Assembly: GCA_964455525.1 (NCBI GenBank)
Contig: CAYVWR010000007.1
Span: 117,169-181,168 of the forward strand
Source of the DNA: an uncultured Alphaproteobacteria bacterium
GTDB taxonomy: Bacteria > Bacteroidota > Ignavibacteria > OLB7
Length of the DNA stretch: 64,000 nucleotides
Reading direction: 5' to 3'
Shown here: piece after piece, positions 19,169 to 29,780 of the stretch
How the letters are laid out: each line of letters opens with the position of its first letter
Position numbering within the stretch: position 1 is the first letter of the stretch
Notes under the pieces: generated by a model
What the model saw: only the letters and a program-made list of their open reading frames with translations
Databases searched by the model: none
What the model was told of the DNA's origin: nothing
Translations under genes and position numbers: made by a program

Positions 19169-21091
19169 ATGCCAGAGGACATCTCTATCAACGAGAGTAA
19201 CCTCGTAGCTAATGGGGCCGCGAAGCATCGCGCAGGGCGCGCTCGGAGTTCACGTTTTGAGCGTGAAAGCGACTATTCCGCGGACGAGTACAATCTGTTG
19301 GCGAAGATGTACGAGGGGACACTCGGCGAGATCACGGAGCACGAGATCGTCAAGGGCCGGGTCGTCCAGATTACGGACGGCGAAGTTTCGATAGACATCG
19401 GATTTAAGTCGGAAGGGGTCCTGCCGCGCAATGAGTTCAATAACATTGAAGATCTGAAGCCCGGCGACGAGATCGAGGTATATCTCGAGAAAGTAGAGGA
19501 TTCTGACGGCAAGCTGATCCTGAGCCGCAAGCGTGCGGACTTCATGAGGGTCTGGGAGCGGATCATCAAGGCATACGAGACGCAGGACGTGCTCAAGGCC
19601 AAGGTTGTCCGCCGCATCAAGGGTGGTCTGGTTGTCGATCTGCTCGGCGTGGAGGCATTCCTCCCCGGCTCGCAGGTTGATGTCCGTCCGGTTCGCGATT
19701 TCGACGCTCTCATCAACCGTGAGATGGACGTCCGGGTCGTGAAGATCAATCACCCGAACGAAAATGTTGTCGTCTCGCACAAGGTGCTCCTGGAGGAGAA
19801 TCTGGCGGGGCAGCGCGAGGAGATTCTCTCGAAGCTGGAGAAGGGGCTTGTGCTCGAAGGCGTCGTCAAGGCGATCACCGACTTCGGTGTGTTCGTCGAT
19901 CTGGGCGGCGTCGACGGCCTGGTGCATATCACCGATCTGTCGTGGGGCCGTGTCAACCACCCGAGCGAGGTGGTCAAGCTCGACGAGACGATTCAGGTTG
20001 TTGTGCTCGATTTCGACGAGGAGCGTCGCCGCATCTCGCTCGGACTCAAGCAGCTTACGCCGCACCCATGGGAGAACATCGATACGAAGCTCCAGGTTGG
20101 CCAGCGTCTGGCCGGCAAGGTTGTCTCGCTTACCGACTACGGCGCGTTTGTGGAGTTGGAGCGTGGCATCGAGGGTCTGATCCATATCTCGGAGATGTCG
20201 TGGACGCAGCATATCAAGCACCCGTCGCAGATGGTCGCACTCGGCCAGATGGTGGAGGTGCAGGTGCTGAACATCGACAAGGACGAGAAGAAGATCTCGC
20301 TCGGCATGAAGCAGCTCGATCCCGATCCGTGGGATGCGCTTCTTCAGAAGTACCCGGTTGGCTCGGTGCATACTGGCATCGTGCGCAACCTCGCCAACTT
20401 CGGCGTGTTCGTGGAGCTGGAGCCGGGTGTCGATGGCCTGGTGCATATCAGTGATCTGAGCTGGACGAAGAAGCTTCGCCATCCAGGTGAGATGGTGAAG
20501 AAGGGGCAGGAGCTTCAGGTGCTTATCCTTGGCATCGACGCAGCACAGCGCCGTATCTCGCTTGGCCACAAGCAGGTGACGCCGAACCCGTGGGAGGAGT
20601 TCACCGACGAGTACCGCGTTGGTCAGGAGACCGAGGGGAAGATCGTCCGCATCATCGACAAGGGTGTTGTGGTTGAGCTTCCGCACGGCGTGGATGGCTT
20701 TGTTCCGACCTCGCAGCTTGCGTTTGCTCCGGTGAAGAACATCGCCAGCTACTTCCGCGTGGGCGACAACCTTCCGCTGAAGGTCATCGAGTTCGACAAG
20801 GAAGCCAAGAAGATCGTCCTCTCGGTTGTAGAGGCTCTGAAGGCGAAGGGGCAGGAAGCGCAGGAGGAGTACTACCGTCTGCATCCGGTTCCGCAGTCGG
20901 CTCCGGCAGGTATGGAGACCGCGGCAATCGAAGCTGCCGAGGCGCAGCAGCAGGATGCTCCGGCAGAGACAGAAGAGGTAGTTGCAGAGACCGAAACCGC
21001 CTCGCAGGAGCCGAGCGCTCCGGTGCAGGAGGAGAATGAGCCGGTGGCCGTCGAGACAGGTGAAAACACCTCGGACGAGCAAAACGGCTAA
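19169..21091 (+). CDS. rpsA: 30S ribosomal protein S1
   Basis: Six S1 repeats ([21 protein letters not shown] and similar); AGGAG RBS at 19159-19163; acidic C-terminal tail. Confidence 0.97.
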   Translation: MPEDISINESNLVANGAAKHRAGRARSSRFERESDYSADEYNLLAKMYEGTLGEITEHEIVKGRVVQITDGEVSIDIGFKSEGVLPRNEFNNIEDLKPGDEIEVYLEKVEDSDGKLILSRKRADFMRVWERIIKAYETQDVLKAKVVRRIKGGLVVDLLGVEAFLPGSQVDVRPVRDFDALINREMDVRVVKINHPNENVVVSHKVLLEENLAGQREEILSKLEKGLVLEGVVKAITDFGVFVDLGGVDGLVHITDLSWGRVNHPSEVVKLDETIQVVVLDFDEERRRISLGLKQLTPHPWENIDTKLQVGQRLAGKVVSLTDYGAFVELERGIEGLIHISEMSWTQHIKHPSQMVALGQMVEVQVLNIDKDEKKISLGMKQLDPDPWDALLQKYPVGSVHTGIVRNLANFGVFVELEPGVDGLVHISDLSWTKKLRHPGEMVKKGQELQVLILGIDAAQRRISLGHKQVTPNPWEEFTDEYRVGQETEGKIVRIIDKGVVVELPHGVDGFVPTSQLAFAPVKNIASYFRVGDNLPLKVIEFDKEAKKIVLSVVEALKAKGQEAQEEYYRLHPVPQSAPAGMETAAIEAAEAQQQDAPAETEEVVAETETASQEPSAPVQEENEPVAVETGENTSDEQNG

Positions 21092-21374
21092 CATGTTCTC
21101 TTGTCTGGCTCGCTGAGCCATACGATGCATGAATGATGATGCGCCCGGATCGACCTTGGTCGATCCGGGCGTTGTCGTTTTTTGGGTGGGGCCTCTCTTC
21201 TGGCAGGCCTCTGCCTTCGCTGCCGGGACAACACGGACTGGAACAATTCGGCCACACGATTTCCGAAGAGGATTCCGAGCCGGTCTCGTATTCTATGCGC
21301 CGTTGTGGCAAGGAAAGTTGATCGGCTGATAGAGCTTTCGTATCATTATCTGATGATTGTGTTTAACAGTCTGT

Positions 21375-21382
21375 TACATTTG
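21375..21382 (+). promoter_or_regulatory. Bacteroidota-type -7 promoter box upstream of nuoA
   Basis: TACATTTG matches TAnnTTTG, about 50 bp upstream of the nuoA start. Confidence 0.4.
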
Positions 21383-21432
21383 GGCGCCCAAGAGGCTCGC
21401 ATGCCGTACTGGACCATCAAGGAACTGTGTCG

Positions 21433-21897
21433 ATGCTGACGGAATTCGGTACCGTGTTCATCTTCTTTCTGCTCGGAGGGATCTTTGTAGCGGGCGGTTT
21501 GGTTACCAACTGGCTTATACGGCCATCGAGGCCAACCCGGGAAAAGCTGATGCTCTACGAGTGCGGGGAGGATTCCGATGGAACGGTCCATGTGCGATTC
21601 AATATCCGATTTTATGTGATCGCGCTGGCCTTTCTTCTGTTCGATCTGGAGTTTGTGATGCTCTTTCCCTGGGCTACGGTGTTCCGCGATCTGGGCGTTC
21701 CCGCCTTCTGGCTTGGCAGCGTTTTTATCGTTGTGCTGCTGGTGGGGGATATCTATCTCTGGAAAAAGGGGGATCTCGACTGGGTGGTGCCACAACCGGT
21801 GCGGCCCGATCTGGCGATGATGCTCACACATGAACAACCCCGGTTTCGTCCTATGGCGGCCGAGCAGGTGAGCGAGGAGCCTGCCGGCGCGGAGTAA
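21433..21897 (+). CDS. nuoA: NADH-quinone oxidoreductase subunit A
   Basis: YECGED, FNIRFYVIALAFLLFDLE and WKKGDLDW. Confidence 0.95.
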   Translation: MLTEFGTVFIFFLLGGIFVAGGLVTNWLIRPSRPTREKLMLYECGEDSDGTVHVRFNIRFYVIALAFLLFDLEFVMLFPWATVFRDLGVPAFWLGSVFIVVLLVGDIYLWKKGDLDWVVPQPVRPDLAMMLTHEQPRFRPMAAEQVSEEPAGAE

Positions 21898-22046
21898 AAA
21901 AGCATGCATGGCCCGCCGCTGCCGGCAGGGGGGCTTGTACCGCTCCCAAGGCAGGGCGCGCATCCGGGCCTCGATAGTTACTCCTGATAGCGCGGTCGCG
22001 ATGAACCCGCTGAGAGTGGAGTTGGCAGAAACAGGGACAACGTGAT

Positions 22047-22565
22047 ATGGGTCTTCTCAATAAACTCGATAGCGTCGAATCGTTCGAGTCGGGCAATATC
22101 ATCCTCAGCTCGGTGGAGTCGCTGCTGAACTGGGGACGCCTAAGCTCCATCTGGCAGATGGGGTTTGGTCTGGCCTGCTGTGCCATCGAGTTCATGGCTG
22201 CCAATGCATCGAATTTCGATATGATGCGTTTTGGCGTTATTCCACGGCCAAGCCCTCGTCACTCCGACGTTATCATTATCTCCGGCACGGTTACGCTGAA
22301 GATGGCAACGCGTGTCAAGCGATTGTACGAGCAGATGCCCGATCCGAAGTATGTGATCTCCATGGGAAGCTGTGCCAACTGCGGTGGCCCCTATTGGGAA
22401 CATGGGTATCATGTCCTGAAGGGGGTCGATCGGGTGATCCCGGTTGATATCTATGTCCCCGGCTGCCCCCCGCGCCCGGAAGCTCTGCTGGAAGGTCTTA
22501 TCCGTCTGCGCGATAAGGTACGGCATCAGAGCTTGAGCAAAACAACGGCGGCTGAGGGTCGGTAG
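22047..22565 (+). CDS. nuoB: NADH-quinone oxidoreductase subunit B
   Basis: [23 protein letters not shown] and [12 protein letters not shown]. Confidence 0.96.
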   Translation: MGLLNKLDSVESFESGNIILSSVESLLNWGRLSSIWQMGFGLACCAIEFMAANASNFDMMRFGVIPRPSPRHSDVIIISGTVTLKMATRVKRLYEQMPDPKYVISMGSCANCGGPYWEHGYHVLKGVDRVIPVDIYVPGCPPRPEALLEGLIRLRDKVRHQSLSKTTAAEGR

Positions 22566-22696
22566 GGAGCGCTCTGGTATGCGGCTGGCCTGCCGGAGCA
22601 TCTGTAGAATGTGGCTCGGGGAATCCGTACGGTGGATGAACCTGGAACGGATATGCCACGATTCCCAGGCGTGTGTTATCAATAATCTGACATCTG

Positions 22697-23248
22697 ATGC
22701 AGACCATACCCATGACGCCGGTTTCCATCGAATTGATCTATGCCGATCTGCAACGCAACTTCTCCGATATGATCGGGGACCTGCGCCGCGAGCCTGCTGC
22801 AACCGGCACCCCCTATATCATAGTGAACAGAACGTGGATTCGTGATGTCTGCCTCTACCTGCGCGATGAGCCGGCGTATCTGATGAACAATCTCAATGTT
22901 CTCTCCTGCATCGATTTCCGGGGAATGAAAGGGGAACAGTATGCAGGGCAGCTCGGCGTGGTCTATCATATGTCGTCGTTGCAGCCGTCAGGCGATTCCT
23001 GGAAGACGGTTCACCGATGCGCGCTCCGGGCATATGTGCCGGTGGATGACCCCCATATCCCATCGGTCGCCAGGGTCTGGCGTACGGCCGACTGGCACGA
23101 ACGCGAGGGATATGATCTGCTGGGAATCGTTTTCGACGATCATCCCGATCTGCGCCGTATTCTTCTGCCGGACGATTGGGAGGGGCATCCTCTTCGCAAG
23201 GACTACACGGTGCCGGATTATTACAACGGGATGAAGGTGCCATACTAG
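22697..23248 (+). CDS. nuoC: NADH-quinone oxidoreductase subunit C
   Basis: ADWHEREGYDLLGIVFDDHPDLRRILLPDDWEGHPLRKDY. Confidence 0.95.
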   Translation: MQTIPMTPVSIELIYADLQRNFSDMIGDLRREPAATGTPYIIVNRTWIRDVCLYLRDEPAYLMNNLNVLSCIDFRGMKGEQYAGQLGVVYHMSSLQPSGDSWKTVHRCALRAYVPVDDPHIPSVARVWRTADWHEREGYDLLGIVFDDHPDLRRILLPDDWEGHPLRKDYTVPDYYNGMKVPY

Positions 23249-23570
23249 GGGCATCTGCCGGATCGGGATGGTTCCCGGCATATGTTTCCATGCGGTATCG
23301 GTGCGCATTGCCGATGCAGGCGAGGGAGCAAAGGAACCGTATATCCTTCCCAGTTCCCAGGTTCATGCCGCCGGTATCAGTGTGCAACGTTCTGATGAAT
23401 CAATCGGTTCAAGTAGGCCGCTGGTCTATCTTTGGCGCGATATAATGACCGGGGCCGATGGTGGTGTGTGGGCTGACGATGCAAGCCATGAATCGGATTG
23501 CATTGTATCGCCCTCCCTCTTCATGCCGAAGGGATGCACAGAGGGAGATGGAAAGATCGGCGAACGAGCA

Positions 23571-23843
23571 ATGCAGGACGCCCGGAGACACCGGGAGAGT
23601 CCAACCGAGAACGAATCCGTGATGCAAGCCTTGGCACAGCAACAAACAAAGAATCCCGCCCGCGCATTTCTGATGATGGCTGCGTTCAACGTGGTTGCAG
23701 CCATCGCTTTTATCATCTTCTATTTCCTCTATAAGAATTCCGGCGGTGAGGATAGCTATTTCCTGCTGGTGGCAGGGAGTATAAGCGGCGTGGCGGCGGT
23801 GGCCCTTGTGGTAGTGTATAATACATTCAAGAAGAAGTTCTAA
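23571..23843 (+). CDS. Small two-TM hypothetical protein between nuoC and nuoD
   Basis: The C-terminal 90 codons of ORF 23268-23843 encode two hydrophobic helices and a basic C-terminus; start uncertain. Confidence 0.5.
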   Translation: MQDARRHRESPTENESVMQALAQQQTKNPARAFLMMAAFNVVAAIAFIIFYFLYKNSGGEDSYFLLVAGSISGVAAVALVVVYNTFKKKF

Positions 23844-23957
23844 CGGGAGTTTGCATCCGTCGCGAGCAGGCATAACCTGCGGGCCTCATGCCATGGCCAG
23901 GCCCTGGCATACGGGCGTGGGGGCAACTCAGGGGATCAGGACGGGAGTGTAGCGCTT

Positions 23958-25169
23958 ATGGCAGACGTGCTCGACCCATTTTCAAAGACCGGAGCAGCCG
24001 ACCCGCAGGTCGATGGCATCCGTGCACGGCGTACGCTCCGAACCGAGGAAATGACGCTGAACATGGGGCCGCAGCATCCATCCACGCACGGTGTGTTCCG
24101 GGTGGAACTGGTGCTCGACGGCGAGCTTGTGGTTGATGTTATTCCCCATCTCGGATATCTCCACCGCTGTTTTGAGAAACATACCGAGGCGATGACCTAC
24201 CCGCAGGTGATCCCATACTGCGATCGTATGGATTACCTGGGAGCGATGAACAACGACTGGGGTTTTTCCCTTGCCGTTGAGCAGTTGATGGGCATAACAG
24301 TCTCCGAGAAGGTGGAATATATACGGGTGATTGTTGCGGAGTTGAACCGGATTGCCTCGCATCTGGTCGGGGGCATCGGCACCTACGGGCTTGATGTGGG
24401 CGCATTCACCCCGTTTCTATACTGCTTCCGCGATCGCGAGATCATCCTGAATATCTTTGAGCGCCTTTGCGGTGCCAGGCTCCTCTATAACTATATCTGG
24501 GTTGGTGGGCTGTCGCATGATATCTATGCCACGTTCCTGGATGATGTGGAGTCCTTCTGTGGCACGTTCCGTGCTACCATTGCCGAGTTGAACCAGTTGC
24601 TTACCGGCAACAGGATCTTTACAGCGCGCACGCAGGGCATAGGGGTTCTGCCGTTGGATGTTGCCATCAATTATGGCGTCAGCGGGCCGATGATCCGTGC
24701 CTCCGGCATGCGATGGGATATCCGTCGCGATGATACGTATTCCATCTACGACCGCTTCGATTTCGAGATTCCCGTTGGGGTTGATAAGGACGGCGCCGTG
24801 ATCGGGGACTGCTTCAATCGCTACCAGGTGAGAATGCGCGAGATGGAGGAGTCGCTGAAGATCGTAGAGCAGGCGGTGCGCGACTGCCGGAAGACCCCCA
24901 CGATTCTGCATGGAGACGTGCACAAGGATATGCCAAAGCGAATCAAGCCGGCTCCCGGCGAGATCTACAGCCGAACCGAGACCTCGAAGGGAGAGCTGGG
25001 GTTCCATATCATCTCCGAAGGTGGAACCAATCCCTACCGCGTAAAGGTACGCCCCCCCTGCTTTGTGAACCTGAGCGTTCTCCCCGATATCTCCCGTGGC
25101 TATTACATCGCCGATTTGATTGCCATTATGGGCTCGATCGACTTTGTGATGGGGGAAGTCGACAGGTAA
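23958..25169 (+). CDS. nuoD: NADH-quinone oxidoreductase subunit D
   Basis: NMGPQHPSTHGVFR, GYLHRCFEK, DRMDY and GSIDFVMGEVDR. Confidence 0.96.
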   Translation: MADVLDPFSKTGAADPQVDGIRARRTLRTEEMTLNMGPQHPSTHGVFRVELVLDGELVVDVIPHLGYLHRCFEKHTEAMTYPQVIPYCDRMDYLGAMNNDWGFSLAVEQLMGITVSEKVEYIRVIVAELNRIASHLVGGIGTYGLDVGAFTPFLYCFRDREIILNIFERLCGARLLYNYIWVGGLSHDIYATFLDDVESFCGTFRATIAELNQLLTGNRIFTARTQGIGVLPLDVAINYGVSGPMIRASGMRWDIRRDDTYSIYDRFDFEIPVGVDKDGAVIGDCFNRYQVRMREMEESLKIVEQAVRDCRKTPTILHGDVHKDMPKRIKPAPGEIYSRTETSKGELGFHIISEGGTNPYRVKVRPPCFVNLSVLPDISRGYYIADLIAIMGSIDFVMGEVDR

Positions 25170-25475
25170 TGGATCTGTCCTCCTCCGAAACCCGGCCGTT
25201 TTGTTTATAATTTCCTGCTGAGACCGTGTAATTGCCTCTTGTCCATCTATCACCAATTCGTTCATCTATTGACTCTCCTATGGGTACCTATAGAAAAATA
25301 CCGTGGGGGGATAATTCGATACGGTTTCGTGAGAACAACGTGTGGGATATCGGCCTGTTGAATTATATGTAGTACAGTGTTCTTTGTATAGGTACGTGGA
25401 GCATACATTCTGCTGAGGGGTACTCCGGCTCCTCAAGCGGGATGATCGTAGCCGGGTTGTAACTGTATTCCATCT

Positions 25476-26223
25476 ATGGCTAAAACATGCGCACGTTATC
25501 TGTTATTGTTTTCCTTCTGTCTGTTTCTTGAAACCGTTTGTGCAAATGCCCAATCCAGGCCCTGTCTTTTAATACTGCCGTATAAGGCAATGGGGGGTGA
25601 TTGGATAACTGCCTGTACCGCTGTTGAGCTAATGCGTCGTGGCATCGACCAGCAGGAGCGCTTCAGCGTGATACCCGAGAGCAGAACTTCGGCACATATC
25701 TGTGCGGATATTTTATGTGCGGTAGAAGAGGGGAAGGCCGCCGATGCCGACATGGTGATGTATGGCGGAATCAGTATGCTGGGGGCAGCGTTCGGGCAGA
25801 TGTATCCCACGGCGGGATATGATGATATCGGCCGCGCCTTTGTGCTCGATTCCCGGGTGAGCTTCCAGTACCCGCAGCATTTGTTCAATCTTCTTGGTGG
25901 GTGGCGCTTCGGGCCGATGGGTCAATATCGGGGCCTCCTATTTGCTGGCTGAAGGGGATATTACTCCCTATGTTGGAGGGGGCGTCGGTTATGCCTTCCT
26001 GTTCACGGGCGATTTCAATCCTGACCCGCTCGCTCCAACCGCCGGAGAGTCCGGGCGATCGGGCTTTCAGGTGATGCTAAGCGGGGGGCTGATCCTGCTC
26101 CGCACGAACGAGATCCGGTTCTCGCTCAATGGCGATTCCATGATTACGGCCTCAGGCCATGGTGATAAGGCATTTGTCCTTACGCTCGGCGTTTCCGAAA
26201 CATCCACAGGCGCATCGTTCTAG
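25476..26223 (+). pseudogene. Frameshifted secreted/outer-membrane protein (periplasmic domain plus beta-barrel strands)
   Basis: ORF 25476-25952 has a signal peptide. ORF 25894-26223 continues in the +1 frame with barrel-like strands (TPYVGGGVGY, FQVMLSGG, FVLTLGV). The two frames overlap. Confidence 0.55.
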
Positions 26224-26328
26224 GCCTGCTGGCTGTAATGCCTTGTAGTGATGGCGTCGGCTGTCACGCAGCGGTTCGGACAGATGCCGGGAGATCAGGG
26301 GCAAATTTCTGATCCTTCTCTCAGAACC

Positions 26329-27594
26329 ATGCAAGATTTCCTATTCGGACTGTTCGGCGACACTCTTGTGCCGTATCTGCTGATGGCCGCGCTGCCGCTC
26401 GTCTTCATCCTCCTCTTTGCGCTCGTTACGATCCTGGGAGAGCTGAAGGTCTCGGCCTTTATGCAGCATAGGGTTGGCCCGATGGAGGCCGGCCCGTACG
26501 GTATATTACAGCCGCTTGCGGACGTTCTCAAGCTGATGCAGAAGGAGGCGCTGCGTCCGGCCGGTGCAATCCGCTGGCTGTTTCAGCTTGCCCCGTTTCT
26601 TGTGTTCATCGGGTCGTTTGCGGCCTTTGCGGTGATTCCGTTCAGCCCGTTTTATATCGCTGCCGATCTCAACGTGGGGGTGTTTTATATCCTTGCGGTA
26701 AGCGCTATCGTGGTGATCGGTATCTTTATGGCGGGCTGGGCATCGAACAACAAGTACAGTCTCTTCGGCGGCGTGCGCTCGGTTGCGCAGATCATAAGCT
26801 ACGAGATACCGGCTGGCTTTGTGATACTTGGTGTGGTGATGATGGCCGGTACGCTTTCCATGCAGGGGATCATCGAGCAGCAGGGGGGAGGCTTCTGGAA
26901 CTGGTATATCCTCGGCGGGCCGAAGGATCTTACCGTGAGCAGTGTGATCGCCGATGGTCCGGTTTATGTTGGTGGCACATGGCTTAACATCATCCTTGCC
27001 CCCTTGATGCTGCTTGTCGCCCTGATCTACTACGTCTGCGGCCTTGCCGAAACCAACCGCGTTCCGTTCGATCTCCCCGAGGCGGAATCGGAGCTTGTCT
27101 CCGGCTACAACACCGAGTATAGCTCGATGAAGTACGCCATCTTCTATCTCGCCGAATATGCCAATATGTTTGTGGTCTGTGCTATTGCCGTCACCCTGTT
27201 TCTGGGGGGATGGCATTCGCCGCTGCCACGGTTTGTTGTGCAGTACTTCGGTGTGGAACATCGTCTCTGGATCGGCGCCGAGGGCCTTGTATGGTTTGTA
27301 CTGAAGGCGATGCTGCTGGTGCTTGTGCAGATCCTTCTGCGCTGGACCCTGCCACGCCTCCGTGTCGATCAGTTGATGCACCTCTGCTGGAAGGTTTTTC
27401 TGCCGGTCGGTTTTGCAATGGTGATGATTATAGGGGGATGGATGACCTTTGTAGCGCCAAGGCCTCCGGCAAAAGAGCACGGTGCCAGGGAGATGATCCC
27501 GTTTGTCGATGATTCAACAGCGGTAGTTCCCGGTACAGGGGATTCTTCCAAAGCCGACGGGACGGCCGAAGATGCGCCGATCAATAACAGGTAA
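26329..27594 (+). CDS. nuoH: NADH-quinone oxidoreductase subunit H
   Basis: MQHRVGP, GILQPLADVLKL, SYEIP, ETNRVPFDLPEAESELVSGY and WTLPRLRVDQL. Confidence 0.96.
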   Translation: MQDFLFGLFGDTLVPYLLMAALPLVFILLFALVTILGELKVSAFMQHRVGPMEAGPYGILQPLADVLKLMQKEALRPAGAIRWLFQLAPFLVFIGSFAAFAVIPFSPFYIAADLNVGVFYILAVSAIVVIGIFMAGWASNNKYSLFGGVRSVAQIISYEIPAGFVILGVVMMAGTLSMQGIIEQQGGGFWNWYILGGPKDLTVSSVIADGPVYVGGTWLNIILAPLMLLVALIYYVCGLAETNRVPFDLPEAESELVSGYNTEYSSMKYAIFYLAEYANMFVVCAIAVTLFLGGWHSPLPRFVVQYFGVEHRLWIGAEGLVWFVLKAMLLVLVQILLRWTLPRLRVDQLMHLCWKVFLPVGFAMVMIIGGWMTFVAPRPPAKEHGAREMIPFVDDSTAVVPGTGDSSKADGTAEDAPINNR

Positions 27595-27609
27595 GCCAGG
27601 GACAGTGCC

Positions 27610-28836
27610 ATGGGAGTTCTTGCTGATATATGGGATGGCGTTCGTACGACGCTATCAGGACTGAAGGTGACGATTCCCTATATCTGGAGGAAACCGGTCA
27701 CTACGATGTACCCGCACCAGCGGCTTGAACTGCCGGAGCGTACACGGAATCGCCTCTATGTGAACATGGACGATTGCATCGGTTGCGACCAGTGCGCGCG
27801 TGCGTGCCCGGTGAACTGCATTTCCATTGAGACGGTAAAAGCGGTGGAGGGAGATTCTCCGGGTATTACCTCGAATGGAAAGAAGAAGGCGCTCTGGGTT
27901 ACCCGCTTCGATATCGACATCGCCAAGTGCTGCTACTGCGGGCTTTGTGTGTATCCCTGCCCTACCGAATGCATCAAGATGACCGATGTGTTCGAGTTCG
28001 CTGAGCAGGAGCGGAATAATCTTATCTATAACTATATCACGCTCACCCCGGAGGAGACGCAGGAGAAGATCGTTAAAGCCGAGGAGGCGGAGGCGGCGCT
28101 CGCAGCGAGAAAAGCCGCTGCAAAGGCTTTAGCACAGAACGCGCCCGCGGTCGCTCCAGCACCCCCCGCTTCGGGAACCGCCGCTCCTCCGGCACCTATG
28201 CCCTCCCCAGTCGATGATGCGGAGAAAGCGGCAAAGATCGCGGAGTTGCAGGCAAAGATGGCGGCTGCCAAGGCAAAGCGCGAGGCAGATGCCGCCGCTG
28301 CGCAGGCCTCGGCGTCCGCTCCGGCCGTTCCCAGTGGCATAAGTCCAGAGGGAACCCCGGAGATCGACGCGGAGAAAGCGGCGAAGATCGCGGAGTTGCA
28401 GGCGAAGATGGCGGCCGCCAAGGCAAAGCGCGAGGCAGATGCCGCCGCTGCGCAGGCCTCGGCGGTAGCTGGAACATCGGAAACCCCGGTTGCGCCATCC
28501 TCCGGTGGGGCAGATCTTCCTGTCCCGCCGGGAACCGACGTGGAGAAAGCGGCGAAGATCGCGGAGTTGCAGGCAAAGATGGCGGCCGCCAAGGCGAAGC
28601 GCGAGGCGGATGCTGCCGCTGCGCAGGCCGAGGCTGCCAGCACATCGTCGGAAGCCGTGTCCGTACCAGCATCGGACATCGTACCAGGTGCCTTGCCTCC
28701 GGTTGTGCCTGGAACATCGGAGGTGTCCGGTGGAACTGTCTCTTCACCCGGAGAGGAAGATGCCGAGAAGGCTGCACGTATCGCCGCGCTCAAGGAGAAG
28801 ATCGCGGCGTTGAAACGAGAGCGTGGTGAGGAATAA
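27610..28836 (+). CDS. nuoI: NADH-quinone oxidoreductase subunit I with long repetitive C-terminal extension
   Basis: CIGCDQCARACP and CCYCGLCVYPCP 4Fe-4S motifs, followed by an Ala/Pro/Lys/Glu-rich tail. Confidence 0.93.
   Translation: MGVLADIWDGVRTTLSGLKVTIPYIWRKPVTTMYPHQRLELPERTRNRLYVNMDDCIGCDQCARACPVNCISIETVKAVEGDSPGITSNGKKKALWVTRFDIDIAKCCYCGLCVYPCPTECIKMTDVFEFAEQERNNLIYNYITLTPEETQEKIVKAEEAEAALAARKAAAKALAQNAPAVAPAPPASGTAAPPAPMPSPVDDAEKAAKIAELQAKMAAAKAKREADAAAAQASASAPAVPSGISPEGTPEIDAEKAAKIAELQAKMAAAKAKREADAAAAQASAVAGTSETPVAPSSGGADLPVPPGTDVEKAAKIAELQAKMAAAKAKREADAAAAQAEAASTSSEAVSVPASDIVPGALPPVVPGTSEVSGGTVSSPGEEDAEKAARIAALKEKIAALKRERGEE
28216..28833 (+). repeat. Coding repeats in nuoI: three near-identical 99-nt units plus a diverged partial fourth
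   Basis: Units at 28216-28314, 28366-28464 and 28537-28635 encode D(A/V)EKAAKIAELQAKMAAAKAKREADAAAAQA; a diverged unit starts at 28759. Confidence 0.9.
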
Positions 28837-28991
28837 GGGGGCAGGGATGGGGGTGCGAAATGCCTTTATATTCCCGTTGGCGATTCTTTTTTCAGGGTGA
28901 TGCCGGATCATTGCGTTCTGCTTTGTCGGGAAGCGGTTCGGATATCCGTATCGCCGGTGGTTAGCAACGGATTCCTTGTAATCGGCCAGAT

Positions 28992-29525
28992 ATGTACGAG
29001 ATCATCTTCTATACGTTTGCGGCGATCAGCCTCATTTCCGGTGGGGTGGTGGTCTTTGCGCGCACTATCGCTTCTGCCGCGTTTGCGCTGATGTTTACCT
29101 TCTTTGGTGTGGCAGGGTTATACATCCTGCTGGGTGCCGATTTTGTCGGTGTCACGCAGTTGATGATCTATGTGGGCGGCATTCTGGTCCTCTTTCTTTT
29201 CGGAATGATGCTTACCGCGAACATCGACCGGCTTCGCGAGGAACGTACCGGTGCCGGGCGATCGCTGGCAGGAGTTGTGGTGGCGACGGCGATCGGCGCG
29301 ATGCTTCTCACGGTGATCTGGGGGGTACCGCAGTGGCAGCGGGCCAGACCACGCGAGCTGGAGGAGGGGGGCCGGACCACATCGGTTCTCGGCACGCTGT
29401 TCATGGGCGATTACGCGCTTCTGTTTGTTGCAAGCTCCATTGCGATTCTTGTTGCGCTTGTCGGCGCTGCGATGATAGCACGGTCGGATCGTCTCTCGCC
29501 CGAGAAAGGGGCCGGGCGGATGTGA
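28992..29525 (+). CDS. nuoJ: NADH-quinone oxidoreductase subunit J
   Basis: LLGADFVGVTQLMIYVGGILVLFLFGMML. Confidence 0.93.
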   Translation: MYEIIFYTFAAISLISGGVVVFARTIASAAFALMFTFFGVAGLYILLGADFVGVTQLMIYVGGILVLFLFGMMLTANIDRLREERTGAGRSLAGVVVATAIGAMLLTVIWGVPQWQRARPRELEEGGRTTSVLGTLFMGDYALLFVASSIAILVALVGAAMIARSDRLSPEKGAGRM

Positions 29526-29780
29526 TCCAAGTGGCCCGGAACTGTTGCAACGAGCCTGAACATAGGGTGCAGGAACGTCGGCGTTCGGGCTATCTCATCC
29601 GAGCCGCATAGTGTCCGTAGTGTTTGGGCGATCGGGCGATGTGTGCATCATGTTGCCGCCGTCCACGCCATCGAGCAAGCGCGCATCGGGCACTGCTGGT
29701 GACCGGGTGCCGGTACACATGGTTCGCAGTGGACTCTGACCGATATCTCGCTTCCGTAATTCCAAACTCAGTGGACGATC

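Noticed and set aside
19250-21130. 626-aa minus-strand ORF
   Set aside because: Antisense shadow of the highly codon-biased rpsA.
28216-28635. Repeats with unique spacers as a CRISPR array
   Set aside because: The 99-nt units are in-frame coding repeats inside nuoI, and no cas genes are present.
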